DNA of 64,000 nucleotides, taken from the NCBI RefSeq assembly GCF_001194135.2, contig NC_068982.1, forward strand, positions 166,611,680 through 166,675,679. Direction: 5' to 3'. Position 1 is the stretch's first letter; every line of letters begins with the position of its first letter. Under the pieces are notes generated by a model. The model was not told the origin of the DNA. It saw only the letters and a list, made by a program, of their open reading frames with translations, and did not search any database. This DNA is from Octopus bimaculoides (lineage: Eukaryota). Of this stretch, positions 13,614-25,249 are shown in pieces. A program made the position numbers and the translations under genes.

Positions 13614-14544
13614 ACTACAATATTTTAATCCTACTTCAGCGTATTGAGCACTATCTATTACACTCAATGATGTATTGATGTAAGATACACCCAATGTTGT
13701 ACTGATGTACACACACATACACACACACATTCACATACAGTCAGATGGAAATAAAGTCTTTCTTCTTTTCTTACATACATACATAATAATTATATGAGGT
13801 GTCTACATGGAAATGAAAATACAATAAATAGGTATTCAGTGTAATATTTAAAGAAACAAAGGTTAAAATGAGACAGGAAACAAAGATTATAAAATGATGT
13901 AAGGAGCAATAAAGAAAATAGACTGAGAAAAAAAAATAGGGTCAAACAGCTATAAATTGCTTTGAATGTAGGTTAATAAGACAATAATCGTTGTTTTTAT
14001 TTGCTTTAATCTAAAACGAAAATACATGTAGCTGCCAAACTAAATTTCAATGGAATATATAAAATATACTTTTGGTATTTTAACTGGTAAAGTAGTACTA
14101 AATTGGAGGTTTTTATAGTATTTAAGCATAGTGCCTTATATTTTTAGGTTCAAATTCTATTGGATTATCTTTGTTTTTCATTCCACCCAAGTGGTTGTAT
14201 AAATAACACTGAAATGATGGTGGTGATGGTAGTGGTGGCAGTAATAGATTAACAATCTATATTCATAGGACTGGCTTTGCATCACTGTAACAGATCAACA
14301 TTAACTTAATGAAATATTGCGGAACTAGTGGAGTTGGTAGTAGAGAGTTGTTTTGGATGCTTTACAGTATATCACATTTGATGATTCACAGTTTTAAGTC
14401 CTAATTCCTAACGGGGAAGGAAGGGCAACAAAGTAAAAATCAGTAATTAGCTAAGGTCAATTTCACCAACAATAATCCCTTATCTATAAGTAAAGGGCCC
14501 AATGTCTAGTTAAAAAATAAACCCCAAAATTCATTACATAATTA

Positions 14545-14960
14545 TTCTTTTACTTGTTCCAGTCATTTGATTGTGGCCATGCTGGAGCACCGCCTTGGAG
14601 GGTTTTAGTTGAACAAATTGACCCCAAGACTTTTTTTCTTTTTAAGCCTAGTACTTAGTCTATCGGTCTCTAAGTTACAGGGATGTAAACACACCAACAT
14701 CAGTTATCAAGCAGTGACGACGGGACAAACACAGACACAAAGACACACACACAGATATATACATGCATACATACATACATATATATATATATAAATATAT
14801 ATGATAGGCTTTTTTCAGTTTCTGTCTACCAAATCCACTCACAAAGTTTTGGTCAGCCCAAGGCTATAGTAGAAGACACATGCCCAAGGTGCCATGCAGT
14901 GGGACTGGACCCGGAACTATGTGGTTGGGAAGCAGCTTCTTACCATACAGCCATGCCTGT
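14545..14960 (-). mobile_element. SINE family A, full length
   Basis: Same head, core and tail as 6955-7345 and 33120-33380. Confidence 0.85.
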
Positions 14961-15565
14961 GCCTGTATTGTTACAGATAAGTTATAAAAATACAAGTTAA
15001 AGTAACATAATACACAAACATGTATAAATATATGTACATAACACACTCCAGTACTGATTTGTATGTACTGCTGCATATGTAAGTACATAACTTATCAACT
15101 GTTTCCTCAGTCCCACCCAATAAGTAAGGAGAATATTAACAGCTTTTGACTTCCTAATACACTAAACATGGTACCTGATGACATTTCTGCCTGATCTTAC
15201 ACACTGAATGTCACTCAGCTTATTAGACAGATGCAAAATAACAATTGCAATACTAAATCTATTAATTGTAATATCATCTCAAGTTACGTCTATGCATTCA
15301 TTCATATTTTGCACTGGTATTATGATTTTANNNNNNNNNNNNNNNNNNNNNNNNNNNNNNNNNNNNNNNNNNNNNNNNNNNNNNNNNNNNNNNNNNNNNN
15401 NNNNNNNNNNNNNNNNNNNNNNNNNNNNNNNNNNNNNNNNNNNNNNNNNNNNNNNNNNNNNNNNNNNNNNNNNNNNNNNNNNNNNNNNNNNNNNNNNNNN
15501 NNNNNNNNNNNNNNNNNNNNNNNNNNNNNNNNNNNNNNNNNNNNNNNNNNNNNNNNNNNNNNNNN

Positions 15566-15815
15566 CGATCTTACTTGGCTTGCCGGGTCTTCTCACGCAC
15601 AGCCCATTTCCAAAGGTCTCGGTCCGTAGTCATCGCCTCGGTGAGGCCCAATGTACGAAGGTCTTGCCTCACCACCTCAGCCCAGGTCTTCCTGGGCCTA
15701 CCTCTTCCACGGGTTCCCTCAACTGTTAGGGTGTGGCACTTTTTCACGCAGCTATCCTCCTCCATTCTCACCACATGTCCATACCAGCGCAATCGTCTCT
15801 CTTGCACGCCACAAC
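15566..15815 (-). mobile_element. Young RTE LINE, ORF C-terminus, running into a gap
   Basis: QERRLRWYGHVVRMEEDSCVKKCHTLTVEGTRGRGRPRKTW..DL: the RTE LRWxGHVxRM / GRPxKTW motif; CpGs intact. Confidence 0.9.
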
Positions 15816-16319
15816 TGATGCTTCTTTCTTTATGCTATCAGATCATTGGCAAAGTTAAAAATCTTCTTAGTAGGCGACATTTATGATTTCATATATATAT
15901 AAATGCATAGATGTAACCAAATATGCAATGAATACTGTGAAAGTGAATACACTTTACTGGTAAGCTACCAGATATAAACCATAAGATTTATTATCTAATA
16001 TATATATATTAGTAAAATAACACCAACTTTCCAGAGATGGATGGTCTGGAAAGTTGGTCTTATAATCTGCACTAATTTACGAGCCAGAACTTCAAATTCA
16101 CACAGCCACCCAAGTAGTTTACTGATATCTTGCACAGTACAGCATTAATAAAGTTGTATCAATTATACTAATGTACAAATACCTGTATTCCATTTAATTG
16201 CTTAAGGAAATTCAATATTTGATTAATTTAGAATGTGTTGACTATGGTGACCACTCCTGGCTCAGAAAAATTAATAATACAGAAAGGCTTTGGAACCAAA
16301 GATTCCTGAAAATTCCAAG

Positions 16320-18200
16320 AGCTGTAAGTCAGAAGATGGCACCAAGCTTCAATGTCTACTTTGGCATGGTTTCTACAGCTGGATGCCCTTCCTAATGCCA
16401 ATTGCTTTACAGTGTGTACTAGGTGCATTTTACTTGGCATCAGCACTAGTGAGGTCACCAAGTAACTTGCAAGACGAAGACCCCTAACGGAGAGGGAGAG
16501 TGGTACTGAGAGAGGAGGCTTTGTGCCAGATTATGAGGAGTTAAACTATGACAGAGGAACACAAACAGATGTCTTGCTGTAGAGAAGATATATGGCTACC
16601 CTAGAGAGAGAGAGAAAATGACGGAGATGTGCTAGGGTGAATAAGCAAGTTCACAAGTGCAAAGGAGAATGGGAGGAAGAGGAGGAGAAAGGGAAGGTAG
16701 AGTGGTGAACATAGGTAGATAAGGGGAAAGCAGGATAGCAATGATACAGTTGGCAGGAGAAGGACAGGAGAAAGAGATGACAAAGCAATGTTTGGCTGCA
16801 GGAGCAGGTGGGGAGATGCAAGTGTAGTGCATGAAGTGGAGTTTGATTCACTGGAGTGAAGTGAATTAATGTAATGTGTAGGTGAACACAATGCAGAACA
16901 CTTCCAGAACTTAGTTTTGTTGAGGTGAGTAGGTCTTCTCAAGAATTTCTTATTTCTAGTCATGTCCTCCATGATACTCAACATCTTGAGATCAGCCCGT
17001 ACTACTTCATTCAATACCTCTTCTACAGATTCCATCCATTTTAAATGATCAGCACTTCTTTATACATCTGTCCTCTTTCATATGCATCAAATGACTAAAT
17101 TTTTGCATGCAACATCTGATTCCTCATACACCGAACTTTTCTCAAACATATTTGCACTTTAGTGTACACAGACACTGATGATGCACATCCATTGGCCAAT
17201 ACAAGCTTCATTCCTCTTCAGGCCAGTTCTCCTCTCCATTCAGGGCCTATGTCTCACTAACATGGAGCATAGCTGTTTGCACACAAGCATCATAGAATCT
17301 TCCTTTCACTCTGTGAGAGAAGCCTTTTTGTTGCCACTAGACGTAATAACTCTCTGGACTTGCTCCATCCTATTCTTATTCCAGTAACTACACTTTCAGA
17401 ACATCCTCTTCCGCTTCTAATTTGGTCATCTACAACCTCTAGGGAGCCTCCTGTAACATTTGAGAAAATCTCATTTTCAAGTGTCTTTAGTGTTTATTGT
17501 TCATGTGCATCTGCCATATACAAAGTCTTTCTCTGTTAACCTACCTGCACTTTTTATGAGTCCATAACTTGTACTACGTGTAGTGAATGGAATTCCTTTT
17601 AAAACCTTATCTGCTTTCTTGTTAAATTTAAGGCTCTTTGATTCTAAGTTTTGCTTCCATACCTAGTAATCCTATTTGAATTCTGCTACAGATTCTGCTA
17701 TAAAAGCAAAGTCATCAGCAAATAGTAGATCTCAGGGGCAGCCAGTCTTAAATTTCTTTGTAGTGACCTGGGCAACTATGATGAATAAGAGGAGACTGAG
17801 AGCCAAACCCTGGTGAACTACTACTTGAACACTAAATTCATCACTGTACTCATGGCTGACTCTCACCCTATAAACAGCCCCACTATACATGGTTTTTATA
17901 GCTCTAAGCCATTCATCTACTCTTAACTTAGAGACCATCAGATAATAGAGCAAGGGACTCTGTCAAAAGTTTTCTCCACATTGATGAATGCCAAGTACAA
18001 TAGTTTACTTCAAGCTAGATACTTCTCTGCAGCTGTCTGACAATGAAGATTGCGTTCGTAGTACTCCTCCTTGACACAAAACCAAACTGCATCTTGTCTG
18101 GTCTAATTCTGTTTCTAATCATTTGGCTATAACTCTCTCTGTAACTTTCATGGCCTGGTCCAGCAGTTTGATACTTCTGTAACTGTTTGTATCAAGGTAG
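16320..18200 (-). mobile_element. 5'-truncated RTE LINE (RT, C-terminus, pyrimidine-rich 3' UTR, family B tail), decayed
   Basis: LRVDEWLRAIKTMYSGA..VQVVVHQGLALSLLLFIIV..KFKTGCP*DLLFADDFAF; downstream (CAT)n-type tail. Confidence 0.85.
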
Positions 18201-18232
18201 ATGAATATATGTGTGAGAGAGAGAGAGAGAGA

Positions 18233-19425
18233 GAGTTCTGATCAAAAAGTATCAAGATTGGTGCTATAAAAAGAAAACTACAATACATATCAATTTGGTA
18301 TTTAATCTCCTTCAAAGTAGTCCCAGTGCTACGTAAAATGGCACCTGTGTTGGTGCCACAAACAATTCACCCATGTCAGTGCCATGTACTAAGCACCCAT
18401 GCAGGTACCACATAAAAGCACCTGTGCTGGTGTCACGTATAAAGCACCCAAGTCAGTGACATGTATAAAGCATCCAATACACTGTTAAATGATTGAAGTT
18501 AGGAAGGGCATCCAGCTAAAACAGACAATTGAAGCCTGGTGTAACTCTCTGGCTAGTCAGCTCCTGTCAGACCGTTCAACCTACGCCAGCATGGAAAATG
18601 GACATTAAATGATGATGATGATGTTTACATTGATGGAAGCATTCCTGGAACTCCTTTTTCAGGAGAGTCAGCCTTGTCGCATTCTCTTGGATTTCCTCGA
18701 CCAAAATGTATTGAGACTATTGCTATAGTAATGGAGCTAGAGTACACAGAGTGAAGCTACTTGGCACAGATTGACCTTGAACTATGTTGCACATGCACAC
18801 TAAGTTATAATGTTCTTGTCCACTTCCATTGTTTACAGCAGTGCTTAGACGATCCCAACCTCTACAGGATTGAAGTAAGCACAAACGAGCTGAAGCAATG
18901 TGAAGTTTTCTTCAACTATGGGCATTGTTCATCATGAGCATGTTCCACCTGGTCAGACAGTAAACAAAGAGTACTACAGTGAGATGGTGCGGTGTTTGCA
19001 AGATGCTGTGTCAAAAAAGGACAGAATTGCATGCATCTGGTAAGTAGCAACTCCACCATGATAACACACCTGCTCATTCAGTGCAGCTTGTGCAGTAGGT
19101 TTTGGCCAAGCACAACATTCCCCAGGTCCAACAACCACCATAATCCCCAGATTTCAGTTTGTGATGTTTTCCTCTTTCCAAATTTCAAATTTCACTTGAA
19201 AGGAATGAGATTTCAAGGACATCAAAGAAAGCTAAGAGAATGTGATGAGGCAGCTGCTTTGTATTCCCAAAAAAGAGTTCCAGGAATGCCTCCTTCACTA
19301 AAAATGATGCTGAATAAAGTGTGTGACTTCAGAAGGGGATTACTTTGGAGGAGATTAAGTGCCAAATTGATGTTGTAGTTTTCTTTTCAAACACCAGTCC
19401 TAATATGTTTTGACCAAACCTCATA
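18233..19425 (+). mobile_element. Internally deleted mariner element with ~90-bp terminal inverted repeats; family B repeat inserted at ~18330-18625
   Basis: GIVHHEHVPPGQTVNKEYY, QLHHDNTPAHS, P*SPDF..CDVFLFP and terminal GDYFGGD*; 18233-18324 is the reverse complement of 19335-19425. Confidence 0.85.
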
Positions 19426-19525
19426 TTATTGTTGTTGATGTCACAAGAATTAATAGACTTTCAAGAAAATACAAAATGATTCTTTTTTGGAATCAGTTCT
19501 CAAAGCATATAAATGCTATAAATAA

Positions 19526-20748
19526 TCTATATATATAAAAATGAGAATGTGTGTGTCTGTCTGTCTGTCTGTCTGTCTGTGTGAATCCCTAAAACTCGAG
19601 AACTACGCAACCAATTTCATTCAAATTTTACAGATGCCTTACTTAGGGTTCCAGTTGTGTTTTAGTCAAAAAAAATTTTAACTTCTTGCAGAGTTCGAGC
19701 CCACAGCAACATATCTCCTCCACTATTTAAGTATTACGTGTCAAAAGTGAAACAAAAACACTCATGTCAAATACTTTCACTTTAAAAATGAAACTATNNN
19801 NNNNNNNNNNNNNNNNNNNNNNNNNNNNNNNNNNNNNNNNNNNNNNNNNNNNNNNNNNNNNNNNNNNNNNNNNNNNNNNNNNNNNNNNNNNNNNNNNNNN
19901 NNNNNNNNNNNNNNNNNNNNNNNNNNNNNNNNNNNNNNNNNNNNNNNNNNNNNNNNNNNNNNNNNNNNNNNNNNNNNNNNNNNNNNNNNNNNNNNNNNNN
20001 NNNNNNNNNNNNNNNNNNNNNNNNNNNNNNNNNNNNNNNNNNNNNNNNNNNNNNNNNNNNNNNNNNNNNNNNNNNNNNNNNNNNNNNNNNNNNNNNNNNN
20101 NNNNNNNNNNNNNNNNNNNNNNNNNNNNNNNNNNNNNNNNNNNNNNNNNNNNNNNNNNNNNNNNNNNNNNNNNNNNNNNNNNNNNNNNNNNNNNNNNNNN
20201 NNNNNNNNNNNNNNNNNNNNNNNNNNNNNNNNNNNNNNNNNNNNNNNNNNNNNNNNNNNNNNNNNNNNNNNNNNNNNNNNNNNNNNNNNNNNNNNNNNNN
20301 NNNNNNNNNNNNNNNNNNNNNNNNNNNNNNNNNNNNNNNNNNNNNNNNNNNNNNNNNNNNNNNNNNNNNNNNNNNNNNNNNNNNNNNNNNNNNNNNNNNN
20401 NNNNNNNNNNNNNNNNNNNNNNNNNNNNAAATGAGACGCATCTTTGCCTCCACTGATTCACTTGCAAAGTGTTGAGTAAAATTATTTCGTTGCAGACATC
20501 CTTTGGGTCTTTTTATTATCACTACGACACACATAGTCCCCAGTTGGTAACATTGATTTCAAGGCCCTCCTAGATGAGAGACTGGCATTCCACTTAATGT
20601 CTATGTTCCATGCTGGCATGGATTGGAGAGTTATTAATGTAGAAATATGGTATCGTAGCTACTAACAGTTGAGGGTTGCGTAGTCTAGACGGCGTTTTTA
20701 GATTTCATTATTCTCTTTAACCCGGGCAAAGCCGGGTATTTCTGCTAG
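19526..20748 (+). mobile_element. Non-autonomous Helitron (spans gap 19798-20428)
   Basis: A|TC 5' end (TCTATATATATAAAA), (GTCT)n near the 5' end, 3' hairpin CCCGGGCAAAGCCGGG then CTAG|T at 20745-20748. Confidence 0.8.
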
Positions 20749-20883
20749 TAGCATATAAATATTGGGTTGCAAAAATCCTTTTTGGATAGTAAAAGTCAAA
20801 GGCTGTTCACTGGACTCATAAACTGTATGTTGTACTCAATACTTTTTCTAGAGTACATAATCTATCTTTACCAGAAGAGTGGT

Positions 20884-20929
20884 GACAGTAACTTCAAAGT
20901 TCTGGCCAGCTAACCTTCATCAGACTGTC
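20884..20929 (-). ncRNA. Degenerate type I hammerhead ribozyme motif
   Basis: GACAGU-CUGAUGA-A-GGUUAGCUGGCC-AGAAC-UUUGAAG-UU-ACUGUC: stem I, stem II and stem III pair; GAAA is mutated to AGAA. Confidence 0.45.
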
Positions 20930-23209
20930 TGATGGGTGTTCTTCCTAGACTCTGAAGGAAGACAATGATGAACTTAGGTCACTGATGATAGAATGGGATA
21001 TGTGGCACATCTGTGATCATGCCCAACAAAAGTGAAAATTGTGAACTGTTGATGATGATGATATAAAACTCTAATGGACCATTAAAGATCAGTACTTAAC
21101 ACTGACTTCATTGTTTTGTAAATGAATATCCTCCTGGATAGGATGTCAGTCTCTTTCATAACGTTTCTTGGTTTCTAGTTACAATTCATGACAGCTAGGT
21201 GAACTAATATAATCAAGATTAAGAGCATTGCTACACTGCACAGTTTATTTACTGAATGGAATGCATGCAGTATATTTGCATCTTGAAACTGATGAACTGA
21301 GAGTTCAACAATACTTTATATCTCCAGCTATATTGAATACACCACATTGCTGTTTTATATCTTACTATGGAACAAAACAAGGTTTTCTGTTTAGAAGAAA
21401 ATACATTACTTGTATTTTAGGCTTTCACTATAGTAATCCTTGAAAAACAAAACACCAAAAGTCTCCTTGAATTTTAGTGATTATATTCTTTTTTTCCATA
21501 CAGTACTGAGTCAATGAAAGAGCTTCTATATATTTTGCACAACTTAGATGCTACAGAAAAACCTCATTAAACAAACTCCTTATTTTAATCCCTTGCATGC
21601 TATCACATATGTCAAGGTCTGCACAACCTGAGCTGAGAGATACTAAAAAATAATGTTATTCTTTACAGTACTCTTCCATAGTTAATTATCGCAACTTTAA
21701 AAAAAAAATGTACTTTCGTGATTCAGTAACCTACTTCCTTGTCACAAGTGCCATGTTCATGTGAGTTTTTAGATCAAGCATTTCCTCTTCTCACACAAAT
21801 GTAAAATAACAGAATTGTAGTATGATTAGTTTGTGTACATTATGAAATATTACTCTTAATACACACAAAGTATTTTGCTTAATGTCTATAACTCTAGATC
21901 TAGATTCTTGCTCACTTCTTAATTATATAGTATTCATATAAAATTATCTTCAGTTCATTAGCAGTTCTGACTGCTATGTAATTTGCTTGAAAATTAGATT
22001 TAGTTAAAAAAATAAATCCATACACCAGCAATTCCGCTCCCCCCTCCTCCACTATCGGTTATGACATTTCCTGAGATGTGGAAAAATATGTATTGTATTT
22101 ATTTATCTATACAGGGTGTGCAACACAAAAACTTCCTATAATTTTATCACCATACTCTGCTGTTAATGTGAAAACAGTACCTTTATGTAGCTCAAGTGTT
22201 ACTGCTTTCTTAGGTACTGGTGCACATCAAGTGTTTACTTTTGAAAACATCAAGAATACAGAATCTGGGCTGTTGTTTTTTTGTTTTTTTTTTTGCAACA
22301 CTCACAATACCATTAGGAGTATTTAAAAAGAATTAATCCTCCCCCATATAAAAGAAGCATTAGTTAAAGAAATAATCAAGCTGGGATTATCAAGCGAGAC
22401 CAACAAACCAATAGTTTATTCTACGTGGTTTTTACTCGTTACTTGGGTTTAGTGTAAAGTGTTTAATGCATTGGTCATGTGATGATAATTATTTTACAAT
22501 CCTTTTGTCACACATTTCAGTTAAAAGTATAGAAAATTGAATCTATCAATATTTATTTCACAGCTCTTCGATGTTATTCATGCTTAATTACTTTCTGCTA
22601 ATATTTTCCCATAAACTCTTCAAACAACCTATAAAACAACATTTAACACAAATGAACTGGAGCAATAAATCCTTTTGTTAGAAAGATTTGAGGCAATGTT
22701 CTTTTAGGAGTTTTGTTAATATTTCTTCTGCCTGGTTATAATGTCATTTTTGGTTCTATACAAACATTTTTTGAAGAAATAAAGACTTAGTTTTCTTTAA
22801 ACCAATCCTGAACAGTTTGCATTTTTAGAAGACCAAAGAAGAAAAGAAAACAAATCGCATAAAATAAATTGAATATTAAATGTAGAATGACATTAAATGA
22901 AGAAAAAATAAAAGAAAAACACCTTTAACTTGCAAAATAGAAGTGACATAGCTTAGTTCAGAGTGTTTAGGAAAATAGCCTTCAAGAAAGAAAACTGGTT
23001 ATTGAGAGAGAGAGGGAAAGGGAATGCATATATGTAATTATATATACATATCCATCTATTAACAGGGTGCAGCAGAAAAGTTTCTCATAGGTCTTTTTGT
23101 CATACCCTGCCTCTAATAAAATGAGGCAGGTGATAATGGTATCTTAATGCAGCTAATGTTTTAGCATTTGGGCTTTTTTTTTTTTTTCAAGGTACTACCA
23201 GGGTTTGGA

Positions 23210-23640
23210 CCAGTGCATACTATGCATTTGCTGGTGAAACATTTATCAAGAGATTCGTACAAGTCCAACAATTTGAGGATCAGTTGCATGAAGTGATCAG
23301 TATTGCAAGACTGTGTGAGAGAGAACCAAGATCTTTGTGAGAAGTGTATTCAGAATGATGAAGGCATACTCACCATAGATATGGAAGACAAGAAAGTAGC
23401 ATGGAAGTGCTATTATGGGAGGCTGCTGAATGTGAAGAATACATAGGATAAAGAGGGGCTACCTTATACTGACCTTACAGAGAGAGAGAGAGAGAGAGAG
23501 ACCAGTAATTTAAGTTGACAGCAGTATAATAGATAAAGCAATTAAAAACATGAAGAGATGAAAAGCTGCAGGTCCATCAGTGATGGTTGCAAAGATGCTC
23601 AAAATATCTGGTAGGGTAGGATACATGATTACCACCTGAC
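23210..23640 (+). mobile_element. RTE LINE fragment (linker between endonuclease and RT)
   Basis: EKCIQNDEGILTIDMEDKKVAWKCYYGRLLNV and AIKNMKR*KAAGPSVMVAKMLKISG. Confidence 0.8.
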
Positions 23641-23759
23641 TAGTTAATTAAGTTACACAGGAAGGTGCCATACCCAATGATTGACATTTACCTAATTCAT
23701 CATAGTTTTAATATCCATTTTCCATACTTGCATTGGTCAGATGGATTTCAATGAGGCAG

Positions 23760-24062
23760 ATTTTCTACAGCTGAATGGCTTTCGCATTGCCAGCTGTTTC
23801 CAAGCATGGTAGTACTTCACCATAGCTGGAGATGTTTTTACAGAAGATGGGAAACAAAAGGCACTGCTTGCATGACCATGACACACAACTATCACACAAA
23901 CACACATGCATATGATGGGCTTCTCTCAGCCTCTCTATACCAAATCCACTCACAAGGCTTAGTCTGAAGCTGTTGTAAAAGACACTAGTCCAAGATGCCA
24001 CAATGACACTGCACCCAAAAACATATAGGAAGCAAGGACAACAGACGTTAAATGATGAGGAT
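23760..24062 (-). mobile_element. SINE family A fragment
   Basis: GGGCTTCT.TCAG..TCTATACCAAATCCACTCACAAGGCTT core shared with other family A copies. Confidence 0.7.
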
Positions 24063-24099
24063 GATGATTCTAATGGAATTAAATCTGAGACTTATGCTG

Positions 24100-24730
24100 G
24101 TCACTGCAGCACTCATTTTTGTTTTTACTTTTGGTTAATTCCTTGATTATTCAATCACTATGTTTTAGGTCATTTTCTACAACCTGCTCAGATGACTCTT
24201 GGCATATGGAAGTCTTTTTCTTTTTTTAAAAGGTATCCAGGCAGGCTGTGTTGTTGATGATGCCCTTTTTCAAACATGAAACTCCATGCCATGACATTGC
24301 AACCACCATGCTTGTGCTCTTGGTGAAATTCTCCTACATGATGTTGGATGTACACTCAGCCATCAAAGCTGGACAAGTTATATTTCAACATATTCATCAC
24401 AAGATTTGTAACCAAAACTTCTTAAGCTGATTTTTGATAGTAGTGATGTGAATTTGCATGTGGTATTTCTGTCAAATGTTATTCAAAATGTCAGTAGTGG
24501 TCATTTTCTTGTTCTCTTTCACAGTTAGTAAATATATTGTTCCATCCTTTCAGTTGTTCTTTAAAGCTGTTTTGCTCAAGACATCAGAATAGTATCCAAC
24601 TTCAGCTCTGGCTTGTGAAGACCATATCAGATTATGCAATTGGACAACTCTAAATTGCACCCCTTATGGTGAACTTTTTAGCTTAACCATCACAGCAAAT
24701 CTTAGGATGATATAATCAAATAGTTATTAA
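24100..24730 (-). mobile_element. Tc1-like transposase relic
   Basis: Decayed HTH-like region and KHGGCNVMAW (Tc1 KHGGGSVMVW motif); many stops. Confidence 0.55.
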
Positions 24731-24741
24731 TAGTTTGTCTT

Positions 24742-25249
24742 GCATTATTTATATTTGACAGATAATTATCCTCATCTTGTTTGTCGGCTGATATACCCTC
24801 CAGCCTTCATCAGGTGTCTTGGGGAAATTTTGAACCTGGGTTCTCATTCCTAAGGGTTTTTTATTTTTTATGTTGTTATTATTATTATTATTATTATTAT
24901 TAAGGCCACTGCCTGGAATCAAACTTGGAATCTTGGGGTTAGTAGCCCGTGCTCTTAACCACCACACCATGTGCCCATGGTGTAGTGGTTAAGAGCACGG
25001 GCTACTAACTCCAAGATTCCGAGTTCGATTCCAGGCAGTGACCTTAATAATAATAATAATGTCAAAAAAAAAAAACCCTTAGGAATGAGAACCCAGGTTC
25101 AAAATTCCCCCAAGACACCTGATGAAGGCTGGAGGGTATATCAGCCGAAACGTTGTGTTAACAACAAACAAGATGAGGACAAATATCCGTCAAATATAAA
25201 TAATGTAAATAATGTACATAATTCCTCATCTCTTAAATATAGAACTGTA
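24742..25249. mobile_element. Palindromic tRNA-head/(AAT)n/hammerhead element with target-site duplication
   Basis: Two inverted arms meeting at 24972-24975; A box TGGTGTAGTGG 24978-24988, B box GAGTTCGATTCC 25021-25032; TAGTTTGTCTT repeated at 24731-24741 and 25248-25258. Confidence 0.85.
25114..25159 (+). ncRNA. Minimal type I hammerhead ribozyme motif (Penelope-like-element type)
   Basis: GACAC-CUGAUGA-A-GGCUG(GAGGGUAUAU)CAGCC-GAAA-CG-UU-GUGUU; stem III is the palindrome AACGUU. Confidence 0.65.

Noticed and set aside
15208-15729. Long ORFs crossing N runs (also 19727-20534, 59698-60591)
   Set aside because: Open only because of assembly gaps and microsatellites
16601-17035. 144-aa ORF (and the 143-aa ORF at 41284-41715)
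   Set aside because: RTE C-terminus or its pyrimidine-rich 3' UTR, which is stop-poor by composition
24971-25043. Functional tRNA gene (anticodon ACT)
   Set aside because: Acceptor and anticodon stems do not pair properly; it is the head of a repeated element
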